Virus record (IMG/VR): IMGVR_UViG_3300035565_000044
Span: 1 to 64,000 of that record
Reading direction: 5' to 3' (one strand)
Length of the DNA stretch: 64,000 bases
Origin: a virus
Shown here: positions 19,453 to 30,087 of the stretch, piece after piece
How positions within the stretch are numbered: the stretch's first letter is position 1
How the letters are laid out: each line of letters starts with the position of its first letter
The notes under the pieces: model-generated
Told to the model about the DNA's origin: nothing
What the model saw: only the letters and a program-made list of their open reading frames with translations
Databases searched by the model: none
Translations under genes and position numbers: made by a program

Positions 19453-22094
19453 GTGGGGAAAAAATAACTGATCCGGAAATTCTTTCTCAAATTCCGGGAA
19501 TGCAGGCGGATGCGCCTTCGCCAAGCGTCTCTGACAGCGGAATGGTTATAAGTGACCCTGAAATATTAAAAAAGATAAACTCTCCTCGATCTGATGTAAC
19601 TCAGGAAGAAAATTCGCTCATACCCCCAGAAGAACGCGCCATGCTATCCGAAGTTGGCGCCGCTGGAGTGCACTCTGGGGCTTGGACAGGGTTTACAGGT
19701 GGCCTTGGAAGCGTTCTTGAGTCTGCTGTTGCGACTCCTTTTACATATATACAGAGGAAGTCGGAGGGAAAAGACACAAGCTTTGCTAAAGAGTACTGGA
19801 GAAACCTTGAAGCCCTTAGGATAATGCAGAAGGGTTACGAGAGAGCTAATCCTCTGACAGCCGCTGCCTCTGAAGCAATTGGAATGTACGCCAACCCCAT
19901 TGGTGGCGCTCTAGAGGGTCCTGGAAAGGTTCTGGGGGGAGCTATTGCGAGTAGAGTAGGAACAGCTATCCCTTCAGCTTGGGGTGGGCAGGCGGCGGCA
20001 AGAATTGCTGGCATGGCTGGTGAAGCTGGATTGGCTGGAGCCGGGATTGGTGCAGAGCAAGCGCTAGGGCAAGGATACGATTTTACTCCGTCTCAGTACG
20101 TCACAGCACCTCTTGGCGGGGCTGTGGTGGGTGGAGCGCTTGGCGCTGCTCTTGCTCCACCGTTAGCGGGAATAGGAGCTGGCCTTACCTATGCTGGAGA
20201 AAAGGTTGTTAAACCTCTTACTGGAGCAGCCGGTAGACTTATAGCCAATGCTGTTCCTGAGGCTCCAGGGAAATGGCTTAAGGGTAATTCTGAAGAAATT
20301 GCTAAATCTGCTGCGACTAAAGACGTTGCTGACGCCATGGACGAGGTGTCTAGAACTATTAATGAAAGACGCGCAGCCAAAGGGCAAATTCCAATTGACC
20401 CATTAGACAAAATTCGTGAGAGCATACTCCCTCCTGTGCTCCCTCCTGCATCTGGAAAAGGCATAAAAAATATTGATAATGCTGAAGATGTTGTTTCAAA
20501 TATTGATGCAGTAAGCAAGCTAAGAGTATCTGGTGGTAGGTCAGGATTAACTGAGGCCAGAAAAAGAGCAGTTCAGGAGATAATGGTTAGCAAAAGGCTG
20601 TCACCTGAAGCTAGAATAGAAAACATAAATAAATTAAAGTATTTGAGCCAGACTGAAAAGGATTCTTTGACAAAAGCTATCCAAGAAAACCCAATAGATG
20701 CTAAAGATAGGGTTGATGCGGATAATGCTAATAGTTATTTTGAATCGTTTACAAACCATCAGAAGATACCTACTAACCTCATTGATCAAACAGCACAGGT
20801 AGCGGCTGCGTCAAAGAGTACTGGCGCTGAAAATCCAATGGATAAGCTCGCTAGAGTTGCTGCTGGCTCTGGTGGCGCTGAAAAGAGCGCCTTGGCCGCT
20901 GAGCTTGGTCAAAGGCAAGCAGAACAGCCATTACGTATGGCTAAGCATATAGAAGAAGCTGCAAAATCTGCTACTCCCGCTGGAGATTTTCAAAATCTTG
21001 ATCAAGCGAGACAGACAGCGGAGCATCTAACTTCTACGGTTGCTAAGGACGCATATGGAAAAGTTCGCCAAAGCAGAGCTCCTATTGACTTAACGGAAAA
21101 GCTTGCTGAGTACGGGCGCCAGCGTATGGGTATGACTGGGGAAGCTGGCAACGCTTTGGGCAAAGCTATTCAAGAATTTAGGACAGTTCATCATAAAGAA
21201 TCTCCATATGGACTTTCTCCTGATGAGATGTCTGATATCCAGGCTACTTTCAAGGGGCACCAGTTTCAGCCTGACGTTAGTAGGTTTATAGACGCCAGAC
21301 ATACATTAGATGACATGATAAAGGGCGCAAAGGGCCATGCGTATCAAGTTCTAAACCAATTTAGAGCTGATATGAATGAAATAGCCCGCGCAGCGCATCC
21401 TCAACTAAAAGTTGCTGATCAGACTTTTGGCGAGGGAAAAACAATAGAGAAGATTATTGATAAGGCTTTTGAATCGTCAACAAAGCTAAATCATTCAGCA
21501 GAAGACACAGTTAAGTACTTTGACTCATTAATTCCAGAGCAAAAGAACTTATTTAGAATGTCATTTGCTCAGAAATTAAAAGAAATTGTGGAGTCTGCCC
21601 CTGAAAAGTCGGCGTTCGTTGGAGGTAAATTCCAGAACAAAGCTACAAGAGATATGATAAATCATATATTTGGTAGCGTTCCTGGGGAAGTTCTTAATAA
21701 TGCTATAGCTAGTGAAGCTAGCACTACACATACAATGTATAAAGCATTCGGAGGCTCCCAAACTACACCATGGAGAGACGCCATAGAGCAGTTTCGCCTT
21801 GGCGCCGAGCTTCCAGCCCATGTCATGGTGCATCCGTTAAGCCCACACGGCATATGGAACACTGCGGCTAACCTATTGAAAACAGACATAGCTAATAGGC
21901 AGGCTACTCATATTGGTAGGATGATCGCACAGTCTGATCCAATACAGAAGTTGAAAACTATTAATATGCTTAAGCAGGCAAAAGATCAAGCCTCACAGCA
22001 GGCTATGAATAGACGAGCGCTTAGAGCTGAGCGCATACAAGCTTTTGCCCCACTCTTAGCAAACGCCCATACGGTAGGCCAAGATGCCCAGTGA
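19449..22094 (+). CDS. Large internal virion/ejection protein
   Basis: 881 aa with Gly/Ala hydrophobic segments, GGSQT motif near the C-terminus, synteny. Confidence 0.65.
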   Translation: MSGEKITDPEILSQIPGMQADAPSPSVSDSGMVISDPEILKKINSPRSDVTQEENSLIPPEERAMLSEVGAAGVHSGAWTGFTGGLGSVLESAVATPFTYIQRKSEGKDTSFAKEYWRNLEALRIMQKGYERANPLTAAASEAIGMYANPIGGALEGPGKVLGGAIASRVGTAIPSAWGGQAAARIAGMAGEAGLAGAGIGAEQALGQGYDFTPSQYVTAPLGGAVVGGALGAALAPPLAGIGAGLTYAGEKVVKPLTGAAGRLIANAVPEAPGKWLKGNSEEIAKSAATKDVADAMDEVSRTINERRAAKGQIPIDPLDKIRESILPPVLPPASGKGIKNIDNAEDVVSNIDAVSKLRVSGGRSGLTEARKRAVQEIMVSKRLSPEARIENINKLKYLSQTEKDSLTKAIQENPIDAKDRVDADNANSYFESFTNHQKIPTNLIDQTAQVAAASKSTGAENPMDKLARVAAGSGGAEKSALAAELGQRQAEQPLRMAKHIEEAAKSATPAGDFQNLDQARQTAEHLTSTVAKDAYGKVRQSRAPIDLTEKLAEYGRQRMGMTGEAGNALGKAIQEFRTVHHKESPYGLSPDEMSDIQATFKGHQFQPDVSRFIDARHTLDDMIKGAKGHAYQVLNQFRADMNEIARAAHPQLKVADQTFGEGKTIEKIIDKAFESSTKLNHSAEDTVKYFDSLIPEQKNLFRMSFAQKLKEIVESAPEKSAFVGGKFQNKATRDMINHIFGSVPGEVLNNAIASEASTTHTMYKAFGGSQTTPWRDAIEQFRLGAELPAHVMVHPLSPHGIWNTAANLLKTDIANRQATHIGRMIAQSDPIQKLKTINMLKQAKDQASQQAMNRRALRAERIQAFAPLLANAHTVGQDAQ

Positions 22095-23529
22095 AAAATA
22101 TTTTAACTATCTAAGAGCTTCTGAGTCTGGTGGAAATGATCAAGACCAGTCTAGAACGTCTTCGGCAAAAGGGCGCTATCAGTTCACTAATGGCACAAGA
22201 GACCATATAATATCAGCATACCCTCAGCTAGGGCTGACAAAAGAAAATTTCTATACGCCAGAGTCCCAAGAGAAGGCTATAAGAGCCCTTACTGCCGAGA
22301 ATGAAAACTACCTTAAGAGCAAGGGCATTCCGACAACGGACTTAAACGTCCATATGGCCCACTTTCTTGGCGCTGGCGGCGCCAGAGACTTTATCAACGC
22401 CCATGATAAAGACCCCAATACGTTGGCTGTGAATGTCGTTCATCCACAATCGGTTGCGGCTAACCATGAGGTATTTTACCATAAAAACAATGGTAAAGTA
22501 GACCTCAACAGCCCTAGGACTGTCGGTGAAATCTACCAGATGTACGGCAAGCGTTTTGGCGAAGGCGCAGCGTCTCCGTCCCAAACTTATCAAGCGCCGA
22601 CGCCTTATAATCCAGCCGTGCGACAAGGATGGACGGCTAGCGCGGAGCCAGCGGCGCCAGCAGCGGCCACAGACAAGCCTGCTACGCCAGGGCAGACAAC
22701 GCCCCCTGGACCAGCCACATTCAATCCCATGGGAATGTCCCGCAATGCTCTTAGCGGCGGTCCTGGTGGCTCTAGTTCGCTTACTCCTGGTCCAGCAACA
22801 GATAAAGAGGGAAAAGCAAAAGAAGGCGAACCTCTGTTTACCCCTTACCCGTGGCAAAACATATCGAGCTATTACGTTCCCCAACTTCCTATGAAAGTGG
22901 GCGGTCGCGCTCGCGCTCACAAAGTCCCAGTTCTTCCATCGCATCTTGCTAAGGATAAACACTTCTCAAAAGTTTGGGAGGGACTACACACTGACCCGCA
23001 ATCGGTTTCCCACGAAGACCTTCTTAAAGCCTATCAGAAGATTAGTGGTTCCGACGAGAACCCGGCGCCAGCAGTGGCGGCGCAACAGGCGCAGTCCACG
23101 CTGGAACAAGGGCCGCCTGCCTACGCCTCAGGAGGAGTTGTACAGGAAACTGAGCCAGGAGCGAAAAGCAAAACAGCCGTTGGGTATATAAGGTCCGATA
23201 CTGGTGGAACGGCAGATAAGCTGTCATTCAATGTGGTTCAAGACTCTTATGTAATACCTGCTGACATTGTTAGTGGTCTTGGCCATGGAAATTCTGATGC
23301 TGGAGCAAGAATAATAGCGGAACGCTTCAAAGGGAGACTTTCTGCTAGAACTCAGGGTACTGTTCCTGTTAAGCTTTCCGGAGGGGAATATGTTATTCCG
23401 CCTCATGTGGTTAAACGTGTCGGTAAGGGAAATATAGAGCGCGGAATAGACCATTTTGAAGACTTCATCAAAACAGTTCGCGCCAAAACGATCCTGGACC
23501 TTCACCATAAAAAGAAACCGATACGATAA
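22084..23529 (+). CDS. Virion-associated lysozyme/transglycosylase-fold protein
   Basis: ESGG..SSAKGRYQFT..T and MAHFLGAGGA motifs; Pro-rich linker; C-terminal YVIPADIVSGLG domain. Confidence 0.75.
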   Translation: MPSEKYFNYLRASESGGNDQDQSRTSSAKGRYQFTNGTRDHIISAYPQLGLTKENFYTPESQEKAIRALTAENENYLKSKGIPTTDLNVHMAHFLGAGGARDFINAHDKDPNTLAVNVVHPQSVAANHEVFYHKNNGKVDLNSPRTVGEIYQMYGKRFGEGAASPSQTYQAPTPYNPAVRQGWTASAEPAAPAAATDKPATPGQTTPPGPATFNPMGMSRNALSGGPGGSSSLTPGPATDKEGKAKEGEPLFTPYPWQNISSYYVPQLPMKVGGRARAHKVPVLPSHLAKDKHFSKVWEGLHTDPQSVSHEDLLKAYQKISGSDENPAPAVAAQQAQSTLEQGPPAYASGGVVQETEPGAKSKTAVGYIRSDTGGTADKLSFNVVQDSYVIPADIVSGLGHGNSDAGARIIAERFKGRLSARTQGTVPVKLSGGEYVIPPHVVKRVGKGNIERGIDHFEDFIKTVRAKTILDLHHKKKPIR

Positions 23530-24146
23530 TGGTTAATCCTCAGTACTCCGGAGCCTCCCCCGAAGAAGGGCAGGACTTTGATAGTCATCTTAGCCAACTT
23601 GCTGAGATGATACAAAGGAATAAGGCTGCTCAGCAGGCCGACGCCGGTAGAACAGCAATGGCGCAGGCCACCGAGCCATATGCTCCACCAGCGCAGCCGT
23701 CTCCAGAAGCGATGAAAGCTCAGCAGATGTTACAGCAAGGGGGGATGGCCTTGCAGCAGAAGGAAAAGATGATAGGCGATTCGCTTAAAGCGGCGACAGC
23801 CAATCTCGATCCTTTGCAGAAAGCGGCCTTGGCCCTGAAGCTTCACCAGAACGCGTTAGCGGCTGCTACAGGGCGGGATACGTCTAGCCACCTGGAGCTA
23901 CCCCTCGATCCACGTTCGGCCCTCCTGAGCGCATCCTACGGCGCTGGAGGCTCATCCCTTGGAGACCCCTTTGGCGGGGCTGCGCGTATCTTAGCGAGCC
24001 TAGGGCCAACGGCGCAAATGCCGCGCTCTACCCTTGATCTATACCATGAAATGCAGGCTAGGCGTCCACATAAAATTGTTATCCAAGTGAACCATGGCGC
24101 ACCAGAGCAAAATTCTGGCGGAGAAAATAAGAAGAAGGCTTCGTAA
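23529..24146 (+). CDS. Hypothetical internal virion protein
   Basis: 205 aa with TAATG translational coupling on both sides. Confidence 0.6.
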   Translation: MVNPQYSGASPEEGQDFDSHLSQLAEMIQRNKAAQQADAGRTAMAQATEPYAPPAQPSPEAMKAQQMLQQGGMALQQKEKMIGDSLKAATANLDPLQKAALALKLHQNALAAATGRDTSSHLELPLDPRSALLSASYGAGGSSLGDPFGGAARILASLGPTAQMPRSTLDLYHEMQARRPHKIVIQVNHGAPEQNSGGENKKKAS

Positions 24147-25129
24147 TGGCTACTACATCATTATACCGCCGTCGCGGAGAACAGTTCTTTGATAATAATG
24201 GTGTAGTTCTCTCTGGGGGGCAACTATTTTATTTTCAGTCTGGGACAACGAGCCAGGGGTATACATATTCTGAGCAAACTGGTGTTGTGCAGAACCCATC
24301 TCCCATAATCCTTGATGCTTCAGGAAGGATACCAGTAGCAGTATTCCTTGGGTCAACATATGATTATAAAGAGATACTAACAGACTCTCTTGGAAACACC
24401 ATATCCCCGTGGCCGTTTGATGGAATACCAAGAGCTATATCAACAGCTAATCCACTAACGGGTTTTGAGCGCCTTTACCAGCCATGGGTTTTAGTCAACG
24501 GGACAAACTCCCCGCTTACAGTAGCCAATTCCGCCGTAGGTAACGCCTACGAGTGCGACTGTACATCAGGAAATTTGGTTATTAATCTTCCTGCTGTTAC
24601 AACATGTCAAACTGGTACTGGATTTACATTTAAAAAGATAGACTCAAGCGCTAACACTGTTACAATAAATCCAAACGGAGCTGATACTCTTGATGGATCA
24701 ATTGTTCCTGTGGTCATTGGCGTAAAGAATATGGCTATTGGAATAACCAACGATAGCGCTCAGTGGCTCTCTACAATATTTGCGTCACTTCCGTTCTTCT
24801 TAGCTGCTCAGAGACAGAGCGTCACTGCTGGCGCTTCTCTATCAATAGATATGAGTAAAGGTTGGCATGTTGCTCTGTCCCTTGGAGCAACAGTAACATC
24901 ATTTGCAGTTACGAACTGGCCAGCAGCAGGAACGGTTGGAAAGCTTACGCTAGACATAACAAATACTGGTACATTCAACATAGGAACGTGGCCGACGACA
25001 ACAATATGGGCCGGTGGCTCTACTCCAGTTATAACTTCAGGAAACGGAAAGCAAGACACTGTAGTTCTTACAAGCACCAATGGCGGAACTGCATTTCGCG
25101 GATACGTCGCTTCACAAAATATGTCGTAA
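24146..25129 (+). CDS. Tail fibre with a head-binding-like N-terminal domain
   Basis: QFFDNNG.VLSGG.L.YF.SGTT..TY..NP.PIILDASGR motif. Confidence 0.7.
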   Translation: MATTSLYRRRGEQFFDNNGVVLSGGQLFYFQSGTTSQGYTYSEQTGVVQNPSPIILDASGRIPVAVFLGSTYDYKEILTDSLGNTISPWPFDGIPRAISTANPLTGFERLYQPWVLVNGTNSPLTVANSAVGNAYECDCTSGNLVINLPAVTTCQTGTGFTFKKIDSSANTVTINPNGADTLDGSIVPVVIGVKNMAIGITNDSAQWLSTIFASLPFFLAAQRQSVTAGASLSIDMSKGWHVALSLGATVTSFAVTNWPAAGTVGKLTLDITNTGTFNIGTWPTTTIWAGGSTPVITSGNGKQDTVVLTSTNGGTAFRGYVASQNMS

Positions 25130-25132
25130 ACT

Positions 25133-25942
25133 ATGCCCATTATATACCTCACCTCAGGCACTTCCTGGACAGTTCCGGCTGACTGGTCTAACGGAAACAA
25201 TTCAATCGAATGTATTGGCGGCGGTGGCGCTGGCGGAGGCGGTTGGTATGACGGCAAAGGCAATGGCAACCAAAGCGATTGGGCTGGAGGCGGCGGGGGC
25301 GGCGGCGCTTACTCTGCAATATTCAGCTTTGGCACTACTCCAGGGAATATCATAACTTATCACGTTGGCGGCGGAGGAAATGGACCAACTCCGTACAATA
25401 CCAATGGTAATATAGGTGGAGATACTTGGTTTAATGGCGCTAACTTAGCCGCATCCAGCGTTGGAGCGAAGGGCGCTCTAGGGGGATATAAGGGGCAGTC
25501 TTCTGGTGGTGGTGGAGCTGGCGGACTAGCATCTGGTGGTGTTGGAACTGTTAAATACAGCGGTGGCACAGGAGCTAATGGCGGTCAATATCCTATTGGC
25601 GGCGGAGGCGGCGGCGCGGCAGGTCCTAACGGGAATGGCGCCGATGGCGGTGTCGGCTTTTACGCTCAGGCTCAAGGCGGACCTGCTGACAATAACACTG
25701 TGGCTGGAGCTCCCCCTGGAAACTACGGGAACACAGGCGCGGAGTGGCCTGCTGTAGGTTGCGGTTCTGGTGGCGGAGGAAGCAATTACACTGACGCAGG
25801 CGGCGGCGGATACTATGGCGGCGGCGGTGGTGGTTGGGGATATGGCTATGGCGGAGCCAACAACAACTACGGCGCTCCAGGAATCATAATTATTAAATAC
25901 TACATAGCCCATCCTCAAGTGTCAACCCTGATAGGAATGTAA
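25133..25942 (+). CDS. Glycine-rich fibre protein
   Basis: LTSGTSWTVP..IECIGGGG.GG ... GAPGIIIIKY. Confidence 0.7.
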   Translation: MPIIYLTSGTSWTVPADWSNGNNSIECIGGGGAGGGGWYDGKGNGNQSDWAGGGGGGGAYSAIFSFGTTPGNIITYHVGGGGNGPTPYNTNGNIGGDTWFNGANLAASSVGAKGALGGYKGQSSGGGGAGGLASGGVGTVKYSGGTGANGGQYPIGGGGGGAAGPNGNGADGGVGFYAQAQGGPADNNTVAGAPPGNYGNTGAEWPAVGCGSGGGGSNYTDAGGGGYYGGGGGGWGYGYGGANNNYGAPGIIIIKYYIAHPQVSTLIGM

Positions 25943-25943
25943 C

Positions 25944-26636
25944 ATGTTGTCTAATTACAACCTGAGTTTCAGAGCTGTACTCAAGTTCGAGGGCGGATTT
26001 TCCAACGACGCCCATGATCCTGGTGGCGCTACCAATCTAGGTATTATCCAAAGGGAATACAATGCCTATCGCGACAAAAAAGGACTCGATCAACAGAGCG
26101 TTCGTCTGATAACACAAGATGAAGCGAATGAAATATATAAAATACAATATTGGGACTGGTTGCGCCTGGACGATTTTCCAGCAGGAATTGACTTCGCCAT
26201 ATTCGATGCTGCTGTCAACAATGGCGTTGGAGCCGCGCCCAAGTTTGCCCAGCGCGCTAGCAACAAAGTTAGCGGATCAAACCTCGTTGTTGACGGGCAC
26301 CTGGGACTGCTCTCTAGAGCTGCTATCTTTGCCTGTCAGCCAGAAGCATTCATCGACGCCTTCTGCGATGAGCGTCTTAGATATGACCGTGGCTTAAAGA
26401 TTTGGCGTTACTTCGGCGGAGGATGGACGAAACGCGTGAATGGCGATCCCCGTACAGGCTATCAGGGTGTCCGGGGCATCGCCAAGGCGCTAGCGTTGAA
26501 GGCGAGGGGCTTGACGCCTCCGCTAGCGCCACCTCAACTCGTTTCACGTGAAACACCAGTTGCGCCGTGGGCGTTAGGACAGGCTTTAAGCGCTGTCTTC
26601 AACTGGATTCTTGCAAGATTCGGAAGGAAGACATAA
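25944..26636 (+). CDS. Endolysin, glycosyl hydrolase family 108 with a PG-binding domain
   Basis: EGGFSNDAHDPGGATNLGI, IY..QYW, FDAAVNNG, VDG..G and FG.GW.KRV motifs. Confidence 0.9.
   Translation: MLSNYNLSFRAVLKFEGGFSNDAHDPGGATNLGIIQREYNAYRDKKGLDQQSVRLITQDEANEIYKIQYWDWLRLDDFPAGIDFAIFDAAVNNGVGAAPKFAQRASNKVSGSNLVVDGHLGLLSRAAIFACQPEAFIDAFCDERLRYDRGLKIWRYFGGGWTKRVNGDPRTGYQGVRGIAKALALKARGLTPPLAPPQLVSRETPVAPWALGQALSAVFNWILARFGRKT
26540..26555. promoter_or_regulatory. parS-like palindrome 3 (inside the 3' end of the endolysin gene)
   Basis: CGTTTCACGTGAAACA. Confidence 0.7.
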
Positions 26637-27319
26637 TGCCAATGAACCCTACGCCTGCTGGGTTGCAACAGAGCCCTGGTTTTCCAGGGAGCTGGCAGAG
26701 CCAGACATTTGGACAGCAAGGCGGAGCTGCCGAGATGCAGAACCACGGCCTATCGCCATCAGCTAGGCCAACTTCGGGACTTCCAGCGTACGGCAATCCA
26801 CCATCGATCTATCAGCCGCCGTCATACCAGCCATTCACATCTGGACCACAGTCTCAATTCAGTCCGATGATGGACCATCCATATCAGCCTCAGTACCATA
26901 CGAGCAAAGAACCCGGAGGAGGAAACCAACAGCAGCAGCAGCATCAGCAGCAGCAGCAGCAGGGGGCTAATCAATCTTATCTAGGGGGAACTAATGGGGT
27001 TGGTGATGGGAACTATCTACATGGCCACCATAACAATGTCCCCATGAATAGTCCATGGGGACAGCAAGATATGAACAATGATTACCAAAGTTGGGGTGAT
27101 CCTTACTCATTCCTCAATCCATGGCATATGTTCGGCGGTGGCTCTCATATAGGATTTTCTACCCAGTTCAATGCAGTTCCGAATATGGCCCCTAATCCTA
27201 CTCCAATTGGTTTCTCACAAGGATACCAATCTTCGCCAATGGGATTGAATCCATACTCTTCTCTAAATCGTAGCGGAACCCAGCCGTATAGTTTCTTGGG
27301 AGTCCAGACTAGTGCCTAA
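26636..27319 (+). CDS. Q/G/S/P/N/Y-rich low-complexity protein
   Basis: TAATG coupling to the endolysin; poly-Q tract; very few charged residues. Confidence 0.6.
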   Translation: MPMNPTPAGLQQSPGFPGSWQSQTFGQQGGAAEMQNHGLSPSARPTSGLPAYGNPPSIYQPPSYQPFTSGPQSQFSPMMDHPYQPQYHTSKEPGGGNQQQQQHQQQQQQGANQSYLGGTNGVGDGNYLHGHHNNVPMNSPWGQQDMNNDYQSWGDPYSFLNPWHMFGGGSHIGFSTQFNAVPNMAPNPTPIGFSQGYQSSPMGLNPYSSLNRSGTQPYSFLGVQTSA

Positions 27320-27369
27320 TAATGTAACCTGTACTGAGTTACACACGAGTAAATGTGGGAGACCGAATA

Positions 27370-27930
27370 ATGACTGACCAAAACACTGGCCTCAATGGGC
27401 TTATCGCCGCCATAGAACTTGCAGCTCCGTCGCTTGCAACCCTGATGGGCGGCCCATTGGGCGGGGCTTTGGCGTCTGGCGTTGTATCCGCTCTACAGAG
27501 CGGTGGCGTAGGCGCGGATTTGCCCGCCCCTGTTACCCCTGGGGCTATTGCTCCAGCGGCCCTGGATAGCCCTCTAGCCCTGTTACAGACCATCCTGGGG
27601 GCGCTGGATCAACAGGCTTCTGACCATCTTAACGAGGTGACTGCGGCTCCCACCGCTGCCGGTTCGTCGGCTACACCATTGCCACATGCGGACGGAGGCG
27701 TCCAGGTAAATTCTACTGATAATCTAGCCAAATTGTGCGTAGCAGTTGTGGGCGCTGTCGTCGCTGCTGTTGGTTTCGCCTCCCCCACAGCAGGGAGCTT
27801 CTTAAACGGGTATGTGCCGGTCGTCGGTGGCGTATTGGCCGCAGCAATTAGCATGTTCCTTTCCCATAGAACCGTGGCCAGGGCTAATGCCAATACTGCG
27901 GCTTTGCAAAACCAGACTGCCGGTAAATAG
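27370..27930 (+). CDS. Holin-like membrane protein
   Basis: APSLATLMGGPLGG motif; C-terminal hydrophobic helices; near the endolysin. Confidence 0.6.
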   Translation: MTDQNTGLNGLIAAIELAAPSLATLMGGPLGGALASGVVSALQSGGVGADLPAPVTPGAIAPAALDSPLALLQTILGALDQQASDHLNEVTAAPTAAGSSATPLPHADGGVQVNSTDNLAKLCVAVVGAVVAAVGFASPTAGSFLNGYVPVVGGVLAAAISMFLSHRTVARANANTAALQNQTAGK

Positions 27931-28074
27931 CGCCAGAAAGGATGTTCGGACGAGAGAGACACAACCGTAGGAAGCGCTGTGTCTCTCTCTAGCCGTAGTG
28001 TGCGTTCACCACGGCTACCGTACATATAGTGAAATGACGCTTACAGAGCAATAACCCGCGAGTAGGAACGCGCC

Positions 28075-28590
28075 ATGGCGTTGGAGCAGGGAAGGGGGAG
28101 TCCCGATCACGAGCAGGGAAAAGGTCGTGAGATGGAGAACCGTATAGGCGCGCTTGAGCGTGATATAAACGTTCTGTCGCATAATCAGAAAGTGTTGAGT
28201 GAAAGCTTTCATTCTCTAGAGAGAGAAATGAAGGAGGGTATTTCATCGCTAAGAGATGGAATTGGTGTCGCTCTATCCAAAATGGACCAACATATAGTTG
28301 CAGAGCAAGCCAGAAAACCTATGCCGTACCGGGACATGGTGTCTATGGCGACGAGCATGGGCACCCTAATTATAATGTTATCAGGAGCAATTTTTTTTCT
28401 TATAGAAGCTCGTGTCAGCGCAGCGGTGACAGAAAGTTCCGCATTCGTGAGGGAATGGAAACAGGATGGGCGGTTGTACGTCACGCTGTCTAAGCTCCAG
28501 GACGACATAATCCACATGACACAGCGCATAGCAGAGCTTGAAAAACAGGCCCAAGGAAGGCCGCAGACGCCCGTACAGGCCCACAAATAA
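28075..28590 (+). CDS. Membrane-anchored coiled-coil protein, possibly lysis-related; start may be 28132
   Basis: One transmembrane segment flanked by heptad-like regions. Confidence 0.55.
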   Translation: MALEQGRGSPDHEQGKGREMENRIGALERDINVLSHNQKVLSESFHSLEREMKEGISSLRDGIGVALSKMDQHIVAEQARKPMPYRDMVSMATSMGTLIIMLSGAIFFLIEARVSAAVTESSAFVREWKQDGRLYVTLSKLQDDIIHMTQRIAELEKQAQGRPQTPVQAHK

Positions 28591-28630
28591 AAAAGGAGTG
28601 GGGATATGCTCCCCACCCCTAATTGAGCCA

Positions 28631-29638
28631 TCAGCGCTCTTCTGAGCCGATGAGCTTCCTCAAGCTCGCATTCTCTTCATCTATCTCTTTAGACATTCTT
28701 TCCTTGTTGCGCTTGTAGGAGCTTCCCGTCCTTTTCCCCCCCATCACATCGGCAGTGACAGAGCGCGCAATCCTATTGGTTTCGTTGGCCTGGATAGAAA
28801 GAATATTCCCCTCACCGAAACAATCGTTAGGCGTCCACCCTTCCAGCTTCACGCCCTCGGGAACCCGTATCATTCCCACAGCCTTGTTTTCCCTGAAGCA
28901 ATTCCAGCACCAAACCAATAACTTAGCTCTCTCTTGATCAATCATGATCTTTTTGTCAGAGCGCAGTCTAATGAAATGTTCCCTGACCCTATGGGCAGGA
29001 CATCCCTCATATCCAGGTTTCCCTGTCCGAAAAACATCGAGAAAGTTATTCGCTTCCTCAAGATATCCCTGGTGGTATCCACCGATATAATGAATGGCGC
29101 CCAATGTAGACTTGGGAACGATCTCAATCGGCGCACAGCGCTTAACGCTGCTCATAACATTGGGATGGCGGTCGAGAATGTTAAGAACTTCTTCAATGGT
29201 AAGCTTAACTTTATCCGTCTGCTCATAGGCAAAATAGGCGAGCTTGCGGAGCACGGCGCTCAGGACGTGAGTGGAGATATTCCCCTGAATATTCAAGTGG
29301 TCACGGACTGTACGCAAGCGCCCGGTATCGATAGTCATCATGGCGTCTTCTTTGATGCCATAGACAACCAGACAGAGAAACGGGGGAAGGTTAGGATTGA
29401 CCTGCAACGCCGCGAGATAGCCCGTAAGGCGATGGCGGCCGTCAATCAACTGACCATTCGTATTGAAACGAATAGGCGCCCCATTAAACTTCCATTTTCC
29501 ATCGAGGAATGAACGCATCCTTTCCGCAACCGTTGCCTCAGACAAAGGCCGGTTAGGAGCCGTAACTGCAAGATAGTCTTTCGCTAATTGGGCGTCGATC
29601 TCGATAAGTTCCATATCGATTTCATCGGTTTTCCGCAT
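28631..29638 (-). CDS. ParB-like N-terminal domain protein
   Basis: NRPLS..V..G.W..NG.PI.F..G.LIDGRHRL motif. Confidence 0.75.
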   Translation of the reverse strand: MRKTDEIDMELIEIDAQLAKDYLAVTAPNRPLSEATVAERMRSFLDGKWKFNGAPIRFNTNGQLIDGRHRLTGYLAALQVNPNLPPFLCLVVYGIKEDAMMTIDTGRLRTVRDHLNIQGNISTHVLSAVLRKLAYFAYEQTDKVKLTIEEVLNILDRHPNVMSSVKRCAPIEIVPKSTLGAIHYIGGYHQGYLEEANNFLDVFRTGKPGYEGCPAHRVREHFIRLRSDKKIMIDQERAKLLVWCWNCFRENKAVGMIRVPEGVKLEGWTPNDCFGEGNILSIQANETNRIARSVTADVMGGKRTGSSYKRNKERMSKEIDEENASLRKLIGSEER

Positions 29639-29694
29639 AATCTTCCCTTTCTGATATTTGCGACGCAACCCTGTGTGAGCTGCGTCGCGTCCTG

Positions 29695-30087
29695 CTATCC
29701 CATCTTCCGTTCTGAGCGTGCCGTCGCTTCCTGACTTACGCCTTGCCAGTAAATTCTGTCCAGATTGAGCATTTCAACCTTTTTCAAGTTGGCCTGCGTT
29801 CTGGCGTCGTGCATGGCTTTAACGTGCGCCTTGAAAGCAGCGGATGTTCTCGCTAGTCTCTCAGCAGCGGACTGCGTTAGCTTCGCATTCTGCTGTAGCA
29901 GGTTATTAATAAGCTCGTCCAGAAGAATCTTCCTCCCCTCCTCAAGGCGTGAAGCGGCGTCGTCGGCCCATACCCACCGTTCGGCGGACAGGCGCCATTC
30001 CTCACGTTTCCTGTCGCGATCCCAGTCGTTATTCCTTTGGTTTTCTCTTGGATGATTTTGCTGCGTCCTCTGCTGATACTGGTTCAT
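29695..30087 (-). CDS. Phage hypothetical helical protein
   Basis: 130 aa, co-oriented with and overlapping ERF. Confidence 0.6.
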   Translation of the reverse strand: MNQYQQRTQQNHPRENQRNNDWDRDRKREEWRLSAERWVWADDAASRLEEGRKILLDELINNLLQQNAKLTQSAAERLARTSAAFKAHVKAMHDARTQANLKKVEMLNLDRIYWQGVSQEATARSERKMG

